From: a virus
Lineage: Duplodnaviria; Caudoviricetes
DNA: 64,000 bases
IMG/VR virus record: IMGVR_UViG_3300028925_005152
Span: 126 to 64,125 of that record
Reading direction: 5' to 3' (one strand)
Part shown: positions 47,425-57,414 of the stretch, piece by piece
Layout of the letters: every line of letters starts with the position of its first letter
How positions within the stretch are numbered: the first letter of the stretch is position 1
Position numbers and translations under genes: made by a program
The notes under the pieces: generated by a model
Seen by the model: only the letters and a program-made list of their open reading frames with translations
What the model was told of the DNA's origin: nothing
Database searches by the model: none

Positions 47425-48735
47425 TTAAGCGGCAGCAACATCAATACCATTTAAGATATTTGCAGAACCACTTGAAGTACCAGATTCTAAGAATGTAGCA
47501 GCATCACTCAATGCAGTTTCAACAACATATGGATCTGTAAATGTTGTTTTACCCTCTATGTTTCTAGTAGCGTTATCGCCAGTACCAAGAGAAGCAGCAT
47601 TGCCAGTTTCTTGTACAAGTTTAAAGTCTGTACCTTGACCACCACCTATTCCGTCTAAGTCTGTGGTTCCAACTTCTAGTTGGAGCGCAACACTATCGTC
47701 TTCACCAGTTCTTGTAATAGTTTTAACATCAGAACGAGTATCATACAATGGCCCACCAACTGTAAAGTCAAGTGAATCAGAGATGATTTCTTCACCACCA
47801 TTTGTGGAGGCAAGAAGAACAACATTGTCTGCAATTGTAACTGCTTCACTAACTGTAAAGGTTGTTTGGTTAGTAACAGTAGCAATCGTCAGAGTATTAT
47901 CAGTTGAAATACCTGTTTCTCCATCTGCATCAGTAATTGAAGCAGCAGGAGATCCACCAGCACCATTAACTGTGACAACCATACCAGCAACAAGTGTTGC
48001 ACCAGAAAGAGCATCTATAACAAAAGCGGTTGATGCGGTTATCGCACCAGCAACAGTAACAGATGTACAAGCACTTCCGTCTGCAATTAAACTACCACCA
48101 GAAGAACCAGCAGATGCGGTTCCAGATTCTAATCTAAGACCAATTGCAGATGCACCATCTTCTTCTGTCATGTTTGCGGTGCCGTCAAAGTTAATTCCTG
48201 TAATAACACCTGTATCACCAACACCTTCTCCGTTGAAGGCAAGGAAACCAGCTGCTGCGTTTGTTGCAGCTAAACCTCTAAACACAAGTTGGTTACTACC
48301 AGTACCAGAGAAGTACTGACAAGCCATTGTGCTATCTTCTACCATGTCAGTTTTACCAAGTCTTGATAATAGAATGTATGCTTTGTTTGTTATTGTTTGG
48401 TTTGCAGTTCGTGTAGCTGATGTAATATCTACAGCTTCATCAAATGTTACTGTTATGTCAAATGTTCCAACATTTCCAACTGTTTGATCTGTCCAATCAA
48501 TACCGATAATTGAAGCAGAACCCATAAATGCGGCAATGTTTTTGACACAAACCAGAACTTCTGGTGTTGCAGCAGTATTATCGTTTCCAGATGCGGCTAA
48601 GCCTGGAGTTAATCCCCAACCACCAGCTACTGCGATTGCGTGTTCTCTTGCTCCAGATGAACCGCCAGCATTACTATCGACTGGCAGAAACTTTGGTTTG
48701 TCTTCAGCGGCCGTTGTTGTTCCCCATAGACTCAT
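47425..48735 (-). CDS. Gly/Ala/Thr-rich virion structural (fiber/decoration) protein
   Basis: MSLWG N-terminus, beta-rich composition, late promoter TATAAATA at 48773-48780. Confidence 0.65.
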   Translation of the reverse strand: MSLWGTTTAAEDKPKFLPVDSNAGGSSGAREHAIAVAGGWGLTPGLAASGNDNTAATPEVLVCVKNIAAFMGSASIIGIDWTDQTVGNVGTFDITVTFDEAVDITSATRTANQTITNKAYILLSRLGKTDMVEDSTMACQYFSGTGSNQLVFRGLAATNAAAGFLAFNGEGVGDTGVITGINFDGTANMTEEDGASAIGLRLESGTASAGSSGGSLIADGSACTSVTVAGAITASTAFVIDALSGATLVAGMVVTVNGAGGSPAASITDADGETGISTDNTLTIATVTNQTTFTVSEAVTIADNVVLLASTNGGEEIISDSLDFTVGGPLYDTRSDVKTITRTGEDDSVALQLEVGTTDLDGIGGGQGTDFKLVQETGNAASLGTGDNATRNIEGKTTFTDPYVVETALSDAATFLESGTSSGSANILNGIDVAAA

Positions 48736-48781
48736 TTTATTTCTCCTTATTCAATAAGAATATATTTCTTACTATTTATAA

Positions 48782-49294
48782 TTATTTGAAACCCAATCGT
48801 TTCAATTCGTTAATTGTTTTAGAAACATTAGTGTGATGTATTGCTATTCCACCCTTTGCTTCCCATTCTCTGATATTTTTAATATAGTCATCAATAAGAA
48901 TATTTGGTTTGCCAGCAGTCATAGCATATGCCTGTTTCTGTGAACGATTAACCAAATGTATTTTACCTCTAGGAAACTTAGTGTTTTTAGAGATCCACTT
49001 CATTTTGCCAGGCTTAGAGTTTGAGTCCCTACCAGAGGCAGCTGAAAGAATATGTGCATCATATTTAATAATGATTTGATACATTCTTTTAGCGCCAGAC
49101 ATCCAATCTAAATCAGCCCAAAAATCTTTTGTATTGGAAATTTCTTTCCACTTTTCTTCTTTGTTGCTCTTTACAAATCCACCAGTAACTTCATCGGCTC
49201 TTTTCATAAAGTTGCATAAAACTTGATCCATGTCGCAGTAAATCGGAGGCAATTCATCTTTACTTACTTCCGTTAATTGCTTTAAACTTTTCAT
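48782..49294 (-). CDS. HAD-superfamily 5'(3')-nucleotidase-like phosphatase
   Basis: IYCDMDQVL, ILSA, GKMKW, ILIDD-KNI-EW-GG; leader MKSLKQLTE. Confidence 0.85.
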   Translation of the reverse strand: MKSLKQLTEVSKDELPPIYCDMDQVLCNFMKRADEVTGGFVKSNKEEKWKEISNTKDFWADLDWMSGAKRMYQIIIKYDAHILSAASGRDSNSKPGKMKWISKNTKFPRGKIHLVNRSQKQAYAMTAGKPNILIDDYIKNIREWEAKGGIAIHHTNVSKTINELKRLGFK

Positions 49295-49354
49295 TAATTA
49301 AAATTCCTCATTTCTTACCGCTATTATACCATTAATCAGAAATAAAGTCAATAT

Positions 49355-50410
49355 TTAATTTTTCTTTTCTTTCATATCAGGTTCTATGTCAACTTTAGTC
49401 ATAGGTTTGCCTGTCATAGTTTTAGTTTCTTTCTTAGCATCTTTTTCTTCTTTCTTAGCATCTTCTAATTTCTTAAATGGGTTGTGTCCTTCATCAACAC
49501 CCCACATCTTAGACATGATTTCACGCATAGATGAATTTTTCTTCTGCATTGCACCAACTGTTTCATTCCACAATTCCTCAGACTGGCCCGGAGTTGTGTC
49601 TAGTGTGTGTTTTGTGCGTTCTGGTGTACCAGCTTCAAAAGATTCTTTCTTCTCGTTGTCACCTTCCCAACCAGCATCAATAGCATCGTAGAATTTCTTC
49701 TTATCGTCACCCTTTAATTCTGATGGAGATTTAACACCAAACTTTTTCATAGTAGCATTAAAGAACTTTTGATATTCTTCTTTTCCACCAGATGCTTCCT
49801 GAACTTCTTCTTTCTTAGGAGCAACATGGTCGTATCCCATCTTCTTCATTCTTAGATGGTCAGCCATAGTGTCTGCTTTAAACCCTTTACCAGTTTTTGG
49901 GTCATACATCATGTGAGGTTTGAACTCATCTGCTTCTTCTTTGATGCCAGTGTCGTATAACTTCTTGCCGTCACTATCTTTAAGAGTAGTTGCGTCATGT
50001 GGATTAAATTTATCATTACCTTCATTCTGTTTTCTTATAACAGCTGTAACTTTAGGGTCTTTAGACAATCCTTTTTTAATTTTTTCAATTGCACTCATAG
50101 CACCTGTCATATTACCACCAGCATATCTTTTATCTGATGCAATACCGATTGCCATCTTAATTTCTTTTGGCGAGAATGCTTCATCAAGTTCAACTTCTTC
50201 CATAAGGTAAGCATCAACTCCAGCTGTACTTTTAAGTCTTTTCATCTGTGCAAACTTTTTTGCAGCATCATATGAAGTTTTTGCTTTAATGACCTCTTTA
50301 CCTTTTGTAGCATGAACTACTGTGTATGTTCTTTCCTCATCAAGTTTACCACCAACTGCGGCCTTAATTGCTTCCTCAAGACTACCTGTTTTTGTATCAA
50401 AATATGCCAT
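49355..50410 (-). CDS. Modular head-internal-like protein
   Basis: Short basic modules separated by LDE/VELDE/IKEE. Confidence 0.65.
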   Translation of the reverse strand: MAYFDTKTGSLEEAIKAAVGGKLDEERTYTVVHATKGKEVIKAKTSYDAAKKFAQMKRLKSTAGVDAYLMEEVELDEAFSPKEIKMAIGIASDKRYAGGNMTGAMSAIEKIKKGLSKDPKVTAVIRKQNEGNDKFNPHDATTLKDSDGKKLYDTGIKEEADEFKPHMMYDPKTGKGFKADTMADHLRMKKMGYDHVAPKKEEVQEASGGKEEYQKFFNATMKKFGVKSPSELKGDDKKKFYDAIDAGWEGDNEKKESFEAGTPERTKHTLDTTPGQSEELWNETVGAMQKKNSSMREIMSKMWGVDEGHNPFKKLEDAKKEEKDAKKETKTMTGKPMTKVDIEPDMKEKKN

Positions 50411-51576
50411 CTTTATTTCCCCTTTATAGCATTGAGTAAGCCTTTATATGACTTAGCGATTGTTGTTTGAAACTTCATTTTATCTTGAGGTTTCATTTTA
50501 CTGTGTACATCTAATATTTTCTGTGCGATTGCAGCTGGAACTTTTTGTTTTCCACTTGCAAATTCTACATCTTTCTTTCCATTCATATCAACAGACTTTT
50601 TAAGTTGCAGAATAATATTCTTTGAAGCTAGTGCTACATCTTTTGATGATGCATCGTCATCAACATCAGCAGGATCAATGAGTTCATTGATTGGTACTTC
50701 AATACCTTGAGTTCCTAAAATTCTTGAAATACCACTTGCATAAGATTTCATAGTATCAAATTCAGTTCCTTCTTCTAAATCTACTTCTTCTTTATACATG
50801 TTAAGTTCATATCTTTTATTATCAAGATTAGCAACTTGAACTTGGATTGCTTTCTTGCCATCTGTTCCAACTAAACGATAAGAGTTTGTCTTACCAGAAG
50901 ATGGTTTTTTAGGGCCAGATGCAACTTCCCTATCAATTTCTTTAGGGTCAACAGTGATACCAAACTTTTTCTTTGCAAAAGTATATGAGTGTTGCATTGC
51001 ATCAGAGAATGATTTGTGATATAGTTCGTAACCAGTAGAAGACTTAGCTTCGTCAAGTTCAGCAGACTCTTTAAAAGATTGACCCATCAACTTATCAGCT
51101 GCTTTTTGACTTAAAGGTTTCTTCAGTGCGACTACCTTCAAAGTGTTCTTATTTTTAACTGACATAGGTGGACGTTCAGCAGAATTTTTAGACTGTTTTA
51201 CTTGTTCTTCACTAGACGCCATTGAAACAACTTCGTTGCGGTTAGCGGTGTCAACAAGAACATGCGAAATCTTAACTGCTTCATCAAGTTCAACTTCTTC
51301 ATTAACAAATTTCTTGAGATGAGATGGAATATCATCACTAATGGGGTCTTTACCACGCTTCTTACGATATACTAATTCTGCAGCAATCGCATCACCTTCA
51401 TCACTAATATGGTCAAACTCAAAATCTGTTAGTCCTCTACCTTTTTCATTAGTTTTAGATTTCAACATTTTTTGAATTTGTGTTGATCTTTTCCTTAAAG
51501 CATTATCTGTTGCTCTTGTAATCTTACGAATATCTTTTTTAGTTCCATTAAATACTTCATCAAGTTCAACTTCTTC
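50180..51576. repeat. Dispersed 21-nt repeat encoding EEVELDE
   Basis: ttcatcaagttcaacttcttc at 50180, 51280 and 51556, in two different genes. Confidence 0.8.
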
Positions 51577-52323
51577 ACTCATTAATGAATCGTGATTCTT
51601 AATTGCATATTCCTCAGCATCTTTTCTGTCTTTAAATAGTTTTACTTCATTACCTTTTGTATCAAACACACAGAACATATCTGGGTTCTTTTTACTCTTA
51701 GCAACATGATCTCTTGGATTCATAGTATCAGGTTCAACTTCTTCTTTCTTAAATGGTTTTTTATCATGACCCATCAACTTATCATGGTTTTTAAGAGAAT
51801 ATTCTCTAGCATCATCTTCATCTTTAAATAGTTTTACTTCTTCGCCATTTGTATCAAACACAGCGAACATGTCTTTATTCTTTTTACTCTTGCCAACGTG
51901 TCGACTTGTAGGCACTAACTCATCAAGTTTAACAGATTCTACTTTCGCATCAAGGTAGTCTGCCATACCGTCTAGTTTATCAACTGCGACTGCGACTTTG
52001 TTTGTCCACCATGAGGGAAGCGAATCTTCTGGACTCAACTTAGAAAGTTCACCAGACATCTTTGTAAGAGCTGACATAGCAACCTTAACATTAGTTATTG
52101 CAGAAGCAACATCTGTATGACCGCTTTCCTCAATCTCAGTTTCTTCGTCTTTATTTTTAGATTTATTTTTCTTAGAGATTGCAATTGCAGCCTGTTGTTC
52201 AGGAGATACTGCTTCGTTGACACCTTCTTGTAAAGGAGCCCACGATGTTGTTTGTGGTTTTAACTTACTGGAATCAAACGATCTCGCTTGTTCCAATAAC
52301 TCTGACATTCTAACTGTGCTCAT
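50413..52323 (-). CDS. Modular polyprotein with EEVELDE linkers
   Basis: Repeated acidic linkers; internal duplicated module HV-KSKKN-DMF-VFDT-G-EVKLFKD. Confidence 0.7.
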   Translation of the reverse strand: MSTVRMSELLEQARSFDSSKLKPQTTSWAPLQEGVNEAVSPEQQAAIAISKKNKSKNKDEETEIEESGHTDVASAITNVKVAMSALTKMSGELSKLSPEDSLPSWWTNKVAVAVDKLDGMADYLDAKVESVKLDELVPTSRHVGKSKKNKDMFAVFDTNGEEVKLFKDEDDAREYSLKNHDKLMGHDKKPFKKEEVEPDTMNPRDHVAKSKKNPDMFCVFDTKGNEVKLFKDRKDAEEYAIKNHDSLMSEEVELDEVFNGTKKDIRKITRATDNALRKRSTQIQKMLKSKTNEKGRGLTDFEFDHISDEGDAIAAELVYRKKRGKDPISDDIPSHLKKFVNEEVELDEAVKISHVLVDTANRNEVVSMASSEEQVKQSKNSAERPPMSVKNKNTLKVVALKKPLSQKAADKLMGQSFKESAELDEAKSSTGYELYHKSFSDAMQHSYTFAKKKFGITVDPKEIDREVASGPKKPSSGKTNSYRLVGTDGKKAIQVQVANLDNKRYELNMYKEEVDLEEGTEFDTMKSYASGISRILGTQGIEVPINELIDPADVDDDASSKDVALASKNIILQLKKSVDMNGKKDVEFASGKQKVPAAIAQKILDVHSKMKPQDKMKFQTTIAKSYKGLLNAIKGK

Positions 52324-52327
52324 ATTC

Positions 52328-54937
52328 CTATCCCTTCATTAAATCGGTTACAGATTTGCCAGACCAAAACTTGCAAGACCAATATCCTGCTGTAGTTTTA
52401 TCTTTTTTCTGATCGCAATTGTGTCTAGCTCTGAATGCTTTTCTTCTTTCTGGGTCATCTCGTTTGATTTCCATATTTGGATCACCAAATTCTACCTTGA
52501 CCACATTTCCTTTATCATTTTTAACATAGACTTTGTATTTCTTAACATCACCTTTTGTGGGATTATTAAGTTCTTTACCACTATTCTTGTCGGTTTCTGT
52601 TATTTCACCCCAACTATTTAGGGATTCTGATTGGTTGACTTTAAAACTTGCGGCTAGTTCTTTCGGTAATTTCTTCTGAACAACTAATTTGTTAATATAT
52701 GCAACTAAAGCTCTTGCATCTATCTTTGTTTTAAACTGTTTAACCGCAGTTGCAGCAGCATTACTGTGAGTTTTTTGTGGATTATCCCTTACTAACTCTG
52801 CATATCTTTTAACAACTGCGTCATATTCTTGTGGATGAGAGATTTTGTAAATTGCATCAAATACCATCTTACCTAAAGTTTTTTCTGATATTTCTGTTTC
52901 CTCTGGAACACAGTTTGGTACTTGTTTGCCACCTTTTGTTTTCATACCAACTTGTTTAAAACCATCCCAACAAGGATTTTCTTCGGTGACACAATCATCA
53001 CAGCATATTTCTACTGATTCTCCACGAACTTGTTTTGCAAGGTCAGCATCTGCTTTGCCCCATGTACCCGCAGACTTAGTAGCAAAAGAGTTAACTCTTG
53101 CAAATGCCCATTGTTGTGGAGTTGTGCCGGGCCGATGTCCTGTCTTCCATGCAGCCATTCCTCTATCGTATACTTTCTTCAGAATGCTGTATGACATACC
53201 AGTTTTTTTAGCTTTCTTTGTAAGAGCTTCTATTGCTTCTGTGGTCAGTTCTTCACCAGCAGCAAAAGGGCCTCCAGTACCAAGTACTTCGTGTCCTTTT
53301 TTATTTTTCTTAGGAATCATACCATAGTCGGTTGCTTCATTCTTTGATAAAAATGCAGCGATTGCCATTTCTTTGCGTTTTTCTTTAGACTTACCTTTAA
53401 ACTGTGGAGAATCAGACTTCTCGAAATCATCAATGTAATCACCCATGTCTGCGTCTTTACCAAGAACTTCATTTATTTTAGAAGTATCGGTTGCCATAAA
53501 TGGGCCTCTTCTAATAGTTTTAAATGGAAGTTTAACTTCATTACCAAAGATTTCTTTTGGATGAATAATATTAAATGTAACTATTTCAGTAGAGTTGTTA
53601 ATTTTTACCAACTCCATGTCTATTTCTTTATATACTTTACCTTTAAATTTAAGACCATGTGCAGTTACAAGTTTCTGAACCTTACCACGAGAATTGACTG
53701 CTTGTTTTGCTCTTACTTCATCTATAGAGGCCTCACCATACATTTTCTTAAAGTCTTTAGTGTGAGTAGATAGTTTAGTTTTAGCTGATGCATCGCCGGG
53801 CGCTGGCCCTGCTTTCTTTTTGTTGAAGTGTGCGGCACGTTTGTCTTTAGTAGACTTTGCCATATCACTATAATACTTTGCGGGTTGAGTACCTTTCTTA
53901 TCTTTAATCTCTTTGTCTTGTTTTACTTCTCTTAATCTTGGTTCTCTACGATTCTTTGATGGGTCTTCCATTTTCAAATTAGAGGGGTCATTGTTTAGAG
54001 GATTATTGTCTTTATGTCCTACATCTTTACCCTCTACTGCTTTGTCACCCATAATTCTACGAGCTTTGTTTCTTGAAGAGCGTCTTGCAATCTGTTCTGG
54101 TGTTCCTTGATAATTTGCGTATTCTTTTTTATAGTCTCGTTCTACTATATCGTGTAACCAAGTCTTATGCACTTTACCATCTTCTGATACAAATGTTAAA
54201 TAGTTTGTACCTTTGTTAATAACTTTACCTTCGTGACCATGAGATTCTACAATATCACCCACATTCCAAAGTTTGCCGGTAAGATACAAATCTCTGAGTG
54301 TTTCAAAGTCTGTCATCTCACCCATATCTCGTTCTTCACGAATGCCCATATTCTTACGAACATCGTTATAGAGTTTTAGTGAATCTTTAAAGGTAGACGG
54401 AACACCAGTTTTGAATGAATCGAAATCACCAGAAGATGCTGCAGCTCGCATCTTAGACGCAGACATACCCGAAACACCTTCTGCGTCTGGGTCGCGTTCA
54501 CCAGCAGACACAACTTTGATATCATCAAAACTATAAAAACCATGTTTAGAATCTACACCATTATATTTATTGAGGAGAGTATTAAACTCTGTGACTCTAT
54601 CAGAACCAACAACCATTACAATAGAACGATGTCTTTTTTTGTGTAACTCTACTGCGGCTTCAAGAGCAGTTCTTGATTTGCTTACTGTGATATTGCCTTT
54701 ATATTTTGGAAACATTTTCCTCATATATGCAATTTTTAGTGCATGAGGTAATGGGTCTTTCTTAGCGTTTTGCGAATGTGATGGATACACATACATCGCA
54801 GAACCAGCGTTATTAGATTGTTGTTTTGCAAGTGCATCTATGAGTTTTTCGTGGCCCGTAGTCGGTGGATTGAATCTACCAAAGGTAAATACAGCTATAT
54901 CCCCACGAACCTCTACAATATCTCTAAAATTTTTCAT
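52328..54937 (-). CDS. Cytidylyltransferase-like (HxGH) polyprotein with HNH-like and other modules
   Basis: FGRFNPPTTGH, VVGSDR, SAGERDPD, MSASKMR; DVGHKDNNPLNN-SNL; leader MKNFRDIVE. Confidence 0.8.
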   Translation of the reverse strand: MKNFRDIVEVRGDIAVFTFGRFNPPTTGHEKLIDALAKQQSNNAGSAMYVYPSHSQNAKKDPLPHALKIAYMRKMFPKYKGNITVSKSRTALEAAVELHKKRHRSIVMVVGSDRVTEFNTLLNKYNGVDSKHGFYSFDDIKVVSAGERDPDAEGVSGMSASKMRAAASSGDFDSFKTGVPSTFKDSLKLYNDVRKNMGIREERDMGEMTDFETLRDLYLTGKLWNVGDIVESHGHEGKVINKGTNYLTFVSEDGKVHKTWLHDIVERDYKKEYANYQGTPEQIARRSSRNKARRIMGDKAVEGKDVGHKDNNPLNNDPSNLKMEDPSKNRREPRLREVKQDKEIKDKKGTQPAKYYSDMAKSTKDKRAAHFNKKKAGPAPGDASAKTKLSTHTKDFKKMYGEASIDEVRAKQAVNSRGKVQKLVTAHGLKFKGKVYKEIDMELVKINNSTEIVTFNIIHPKEIFGNEVKLPFKTIRRGPFMATDTSKINEVLGKDADMGDYIDDFEKSDSPQFKGKSKEKRKEMAIAAFLSKNEATDYGMIPKKNKKGHEVLGTGGPFAAGEELTTEAIEALTKKAKKTGMSYSILKKVYDRGMAAWKTGHRPGTTPQQWAFARVNSFATKSAGTWGKADADLAKQVRGESVEICCDDCVTEENPCWDGFKQVGMKTKGGKQVPNCVPEETEISEKTLGKMVFDAIYKISHPQEYDAVVKRYAELVRDNPQKTHSNAAATAVKQFKTKIDARALVAYINKLVVQKKLPKELAASFKVNQSESLNSWGEITETDKNSGKELNNPTKGDVKKYKVYVKNDKGNVVKVEFGDPNMEIKRDDPERRKAFRARHNCDQKKDKTTAGYWSCKFWSGKSVTDLMKG

Positions 54938-56175
54938 TTATCCCAGCTCTTAATTGCAGTAAAGTTGTTAAACGAGAACTCCATTCTGTCCACTAGTTTA
55001 ACAGCACCACCACTGACTCTATCAATAGCAACATAACCCTCTGGGTTAGTTACTTTAAATCCATTTGCGGTCTTAATAAAGGTATTTGTTAATCCCTTTA
55101 CACTATTTAGTTTATTTACAATCTGTGATTTTGCATCAACCAAATAGTTCTGAAATGTAATGATTTGTATCAAATTATTAGTATGTTTTCCTACTTCTCG
55201 TACATATTCTTTCTGTATTTTAGTATATTTATCTTTACCAGCAACACTCTTTGCTTTATCAATCTGTTTCTGGATTGACATCTCAACCCACTTTTCATAT
55301 CCTTTTGCGTGTGCTTTGGGATTAGTAATCTTCTCTCCCGCACGAACCTTGCTGTTATTGTATGTCTTGAGTGATGCACCAGCGATTGCACCTGTCATAC
55401 TTTCCTGTAGATTAAGAAACTTCTTTAGTTGTGTTGCGTTAATTCTTTTGAAAGTAGAACCAGTAGAAGACAATGCAGCAGTTACCGCAGCTGTTTCTTT
55501 TGAGTTCATTGTAGCACTACCTGATACATCTTTATAAGTTGCATCGTCCATCCAAACTGAAGACAGGTTTTTCAGTCCTCTAATGTCTGCACCAAATGAT
55601 GCTTTCATATCTTGTAATGCTTTACCTGTGTATGTGGTATGCCAAACGATACCAACTTTTGCGTTGTTAATACTCTTACCAAGATCAGAATCAACAGGTG
55701 CAGCATAAACAATAGTATTAGGTTGGAAAGTATAGTAATTAACACCATCAATGGTATCTGTGTTCACATCATTGGTGAACATAAGGTCACCCTGCAATAC
55801 ATTTTTAATACCAAGCTTTGAAAACTCTGCTAATGCAACTTTAAATTTTTCGTTAAGTGTCCCTGATAGGTCATCGTCTATTTCTTTATTTGATTTGTAT
55901 AGTTTAGGGTTGACATTAAATACTGATTTCTTCGCAACAAAAAACTTACCATCTTCTGGGTCGATACCAGCGAATATCGCAGGCGCACCATCCCACTTGA
56001 CAGTCATGTTAATTGAAGACCGAGCATTACCAGCAAGCATATCTCTTAGTGAAAGTAGGAAGTTGATTGCAGCTCTACCACCATCAACTCCATAGTTAAG
56101 GATTTCATCTTCCAGATGCTCTAGGTGTAAGTTCTTACCACCCTTGTCTTCTGTTAATTGTGTGAATGATATCAT
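54934..56175 (-). CDS. Ligase-like covalent nucleotidyltransferase candidate
   Basis: KWDG, QGDLMF, EGYV, VKLV resemble ligase motifs I/III/IV/V; leader MISFTQLTE. Confidence 0.6.
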   Translation of the reverse strand: MISFTQLTEDKGGKNLHLEHLEDEILNYGVDGGRAAINFLLSLRDMLAGNARSSINMTVKWDGAPAIFAGIDPEDGKFFVAKKSVFNVNPKLYKSNKEIDDDLSGTLNEKFKVALAEFSKLGIKNVLQGDLMFTNDVNTDTIDGVNYYTFQPNTIVYAAPVDSDLGKSINNAKVGIVWHTTYTGKALQDMKASFGADIRGLKNLSSVWMDDATYKDVSGSATMNSKETAAVTAALSSTGSTFKRINATQLKKFLNLQESMTGAIAGASLKTYNNSKVRAGEKITNPKAHAKGYEKWVEMSIQKQIDKAKSVAGKDKYTKIQKEYVREVGKHTNNLIQIITFQNYLVDAKSQIVNKLNSVKGLTNTFIKTANGFKVTNPEGYVAIDRVSGGAVKLVDRMEFSFNNFTAIKSWDK

Positions 56176-57366
56176 TTAAAATCCACCAAATTTATATCCA
56201 TCACCAGATGCAGTAATTTTTACACCAAGTAAATCTAAAGCAACATCTAAACCTTTAATTAAAAATGCTTTTATTTTATTCCACACTTTATTAAGAAATC
56301 TTGAAATCCAACTTTTAACTACTTTTACAGCTTTAGAAAAAACACTTTCTTGTAAAATTTCTTTATCTGTTTCCCTAATACTTTCTGTTATAATATTATC
56401 AAGTATTTCATTTTCTTCTTTGTAAATACCTTTTAAAGCAGTCCAAGCACGACCACCAGTGCCAGAAGTTTTGAACGATATGTTAAATTTAGTTTTACTT
56501 GTATAACTATTAACCAATTTTTCATCTATAGCGATAAAATCGCTTGAACCATCATCATCAAATTTCATCATGTGAGTTGCTGTAGATTCTTTATCTGCAA
56601 ACTTAGCTTTTCCAGACATAGCTTCTCTCACAACTTCTTTCTTAATTTCATTAGTTTGAAAAATTTCATTAAGAGCATTTGTCATAGCTGATTGTTTAGT
56701 CAAAGAATCTTTAACCAAGTTTTTTAATTTTGTATCAACTTTTATTTTGCCAGTAGAAATTTTACCAATCTGACCACCAGCTGGTAACTTAAAAGAAACA
56801 TATTGTTTTTCTATATCTTTATTTAATTTATTCCATGCTGTATCAAATGATTTTGATTTAATACTATCTGGTGCATTATCATAAGCAAATCCTAATGTGG
56901 CAAGAGTTTCAGATTGACCACCAGACATTAATTGAGAACCACCATATTTTTTAAGACTAATATTTTTTCCTGTCAGTTTCATATCTGTTTTAGGTGTTTT
57001 TGTTGGCGATGATGCAGATTTGCCCGTCATCTTTATAAAGTAATTATCCCACTCTTTAGTCAAAGTTCCTTTTCCCTGACCATAGTGTGTCATAATGTTA
57101 GATGGATTACCAAAAGAATTTTCTACTATCTTTTGACCAATTGGAAGGACTTCTTGATGTTTGGGTTTAAATTCACTTATTTCAGCAGCAGATATGGCAT
57201 CTTCTTCTGACAAACCACTTTTCATATTATATGCCACGCAAATTACTTTTTCCCAATCTGCTGCTGGCATTTTAGCTTCAGATAAAAAAGACTGAACTTT
57301 ATCTACAGGTGCAGTAAAGTTTTCCTGAATAGGTCTAAGTTGACGAACAGACTTTCGTAACGACAT
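56176..57366 (-). CDS. Putative PD-(D/E)XK restriction-like nuclease
   Basis: E...PKTD...ISLKK motif; first gene behind a late promoter. Confidence 0.5.
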   Translation of the reverse strand: MSLRKSVRQLRPIQENFTAPVDKVQSFLSEAKMPAADWEKVICVAYNMKSGLSEEDAISAAEISEFKPKHQEVLPIGQKIVENSFGNPSNIMTHYGQGKGTLTKEWDNYFIKMTGKSASSPTKTPKTDMKLTGKNISLKKYGGSQLMSGGQSETLATLGFAYDNAPDSIKSKSFDTAWNKLNKDIEKQYVSFKLPAGGQIGKISTGKIKVDTKLKNLVKDSLTKQSAMTNALNEIFQTNEIKKEVVREAMSGKAKFADKESTATHMMKFDDDGSSDFIAIDEKLVNSYTSKTKFNISFKTSGTGGRAWTALKGIYKEENEILDNIITESIRETDKEILQESVFSKAVKVVKSWISRFLNKVWNKIKAFLIKGLDVALDLLGVKITASGDGYKFGGF

Positions 57367-57401
57367 ACTTCAATGACTCCATCTACATATAGTTTATATA
57401 C

Positions 57402-57409
57402 TATTTATA
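57402..57409 (-). promoter_or_regulatory. T4-type late promoter
   Basis: TATAAATA on the minus strand. Confidence 0.75.
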
Positions 57410-57414
57410 AGAGA

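Noticed and set aside
47663-48319. 218-aa antisense ORF
   Set aside because: Explained by codon bias of the Ala/Thr/Gly-rich gene on the other strand.
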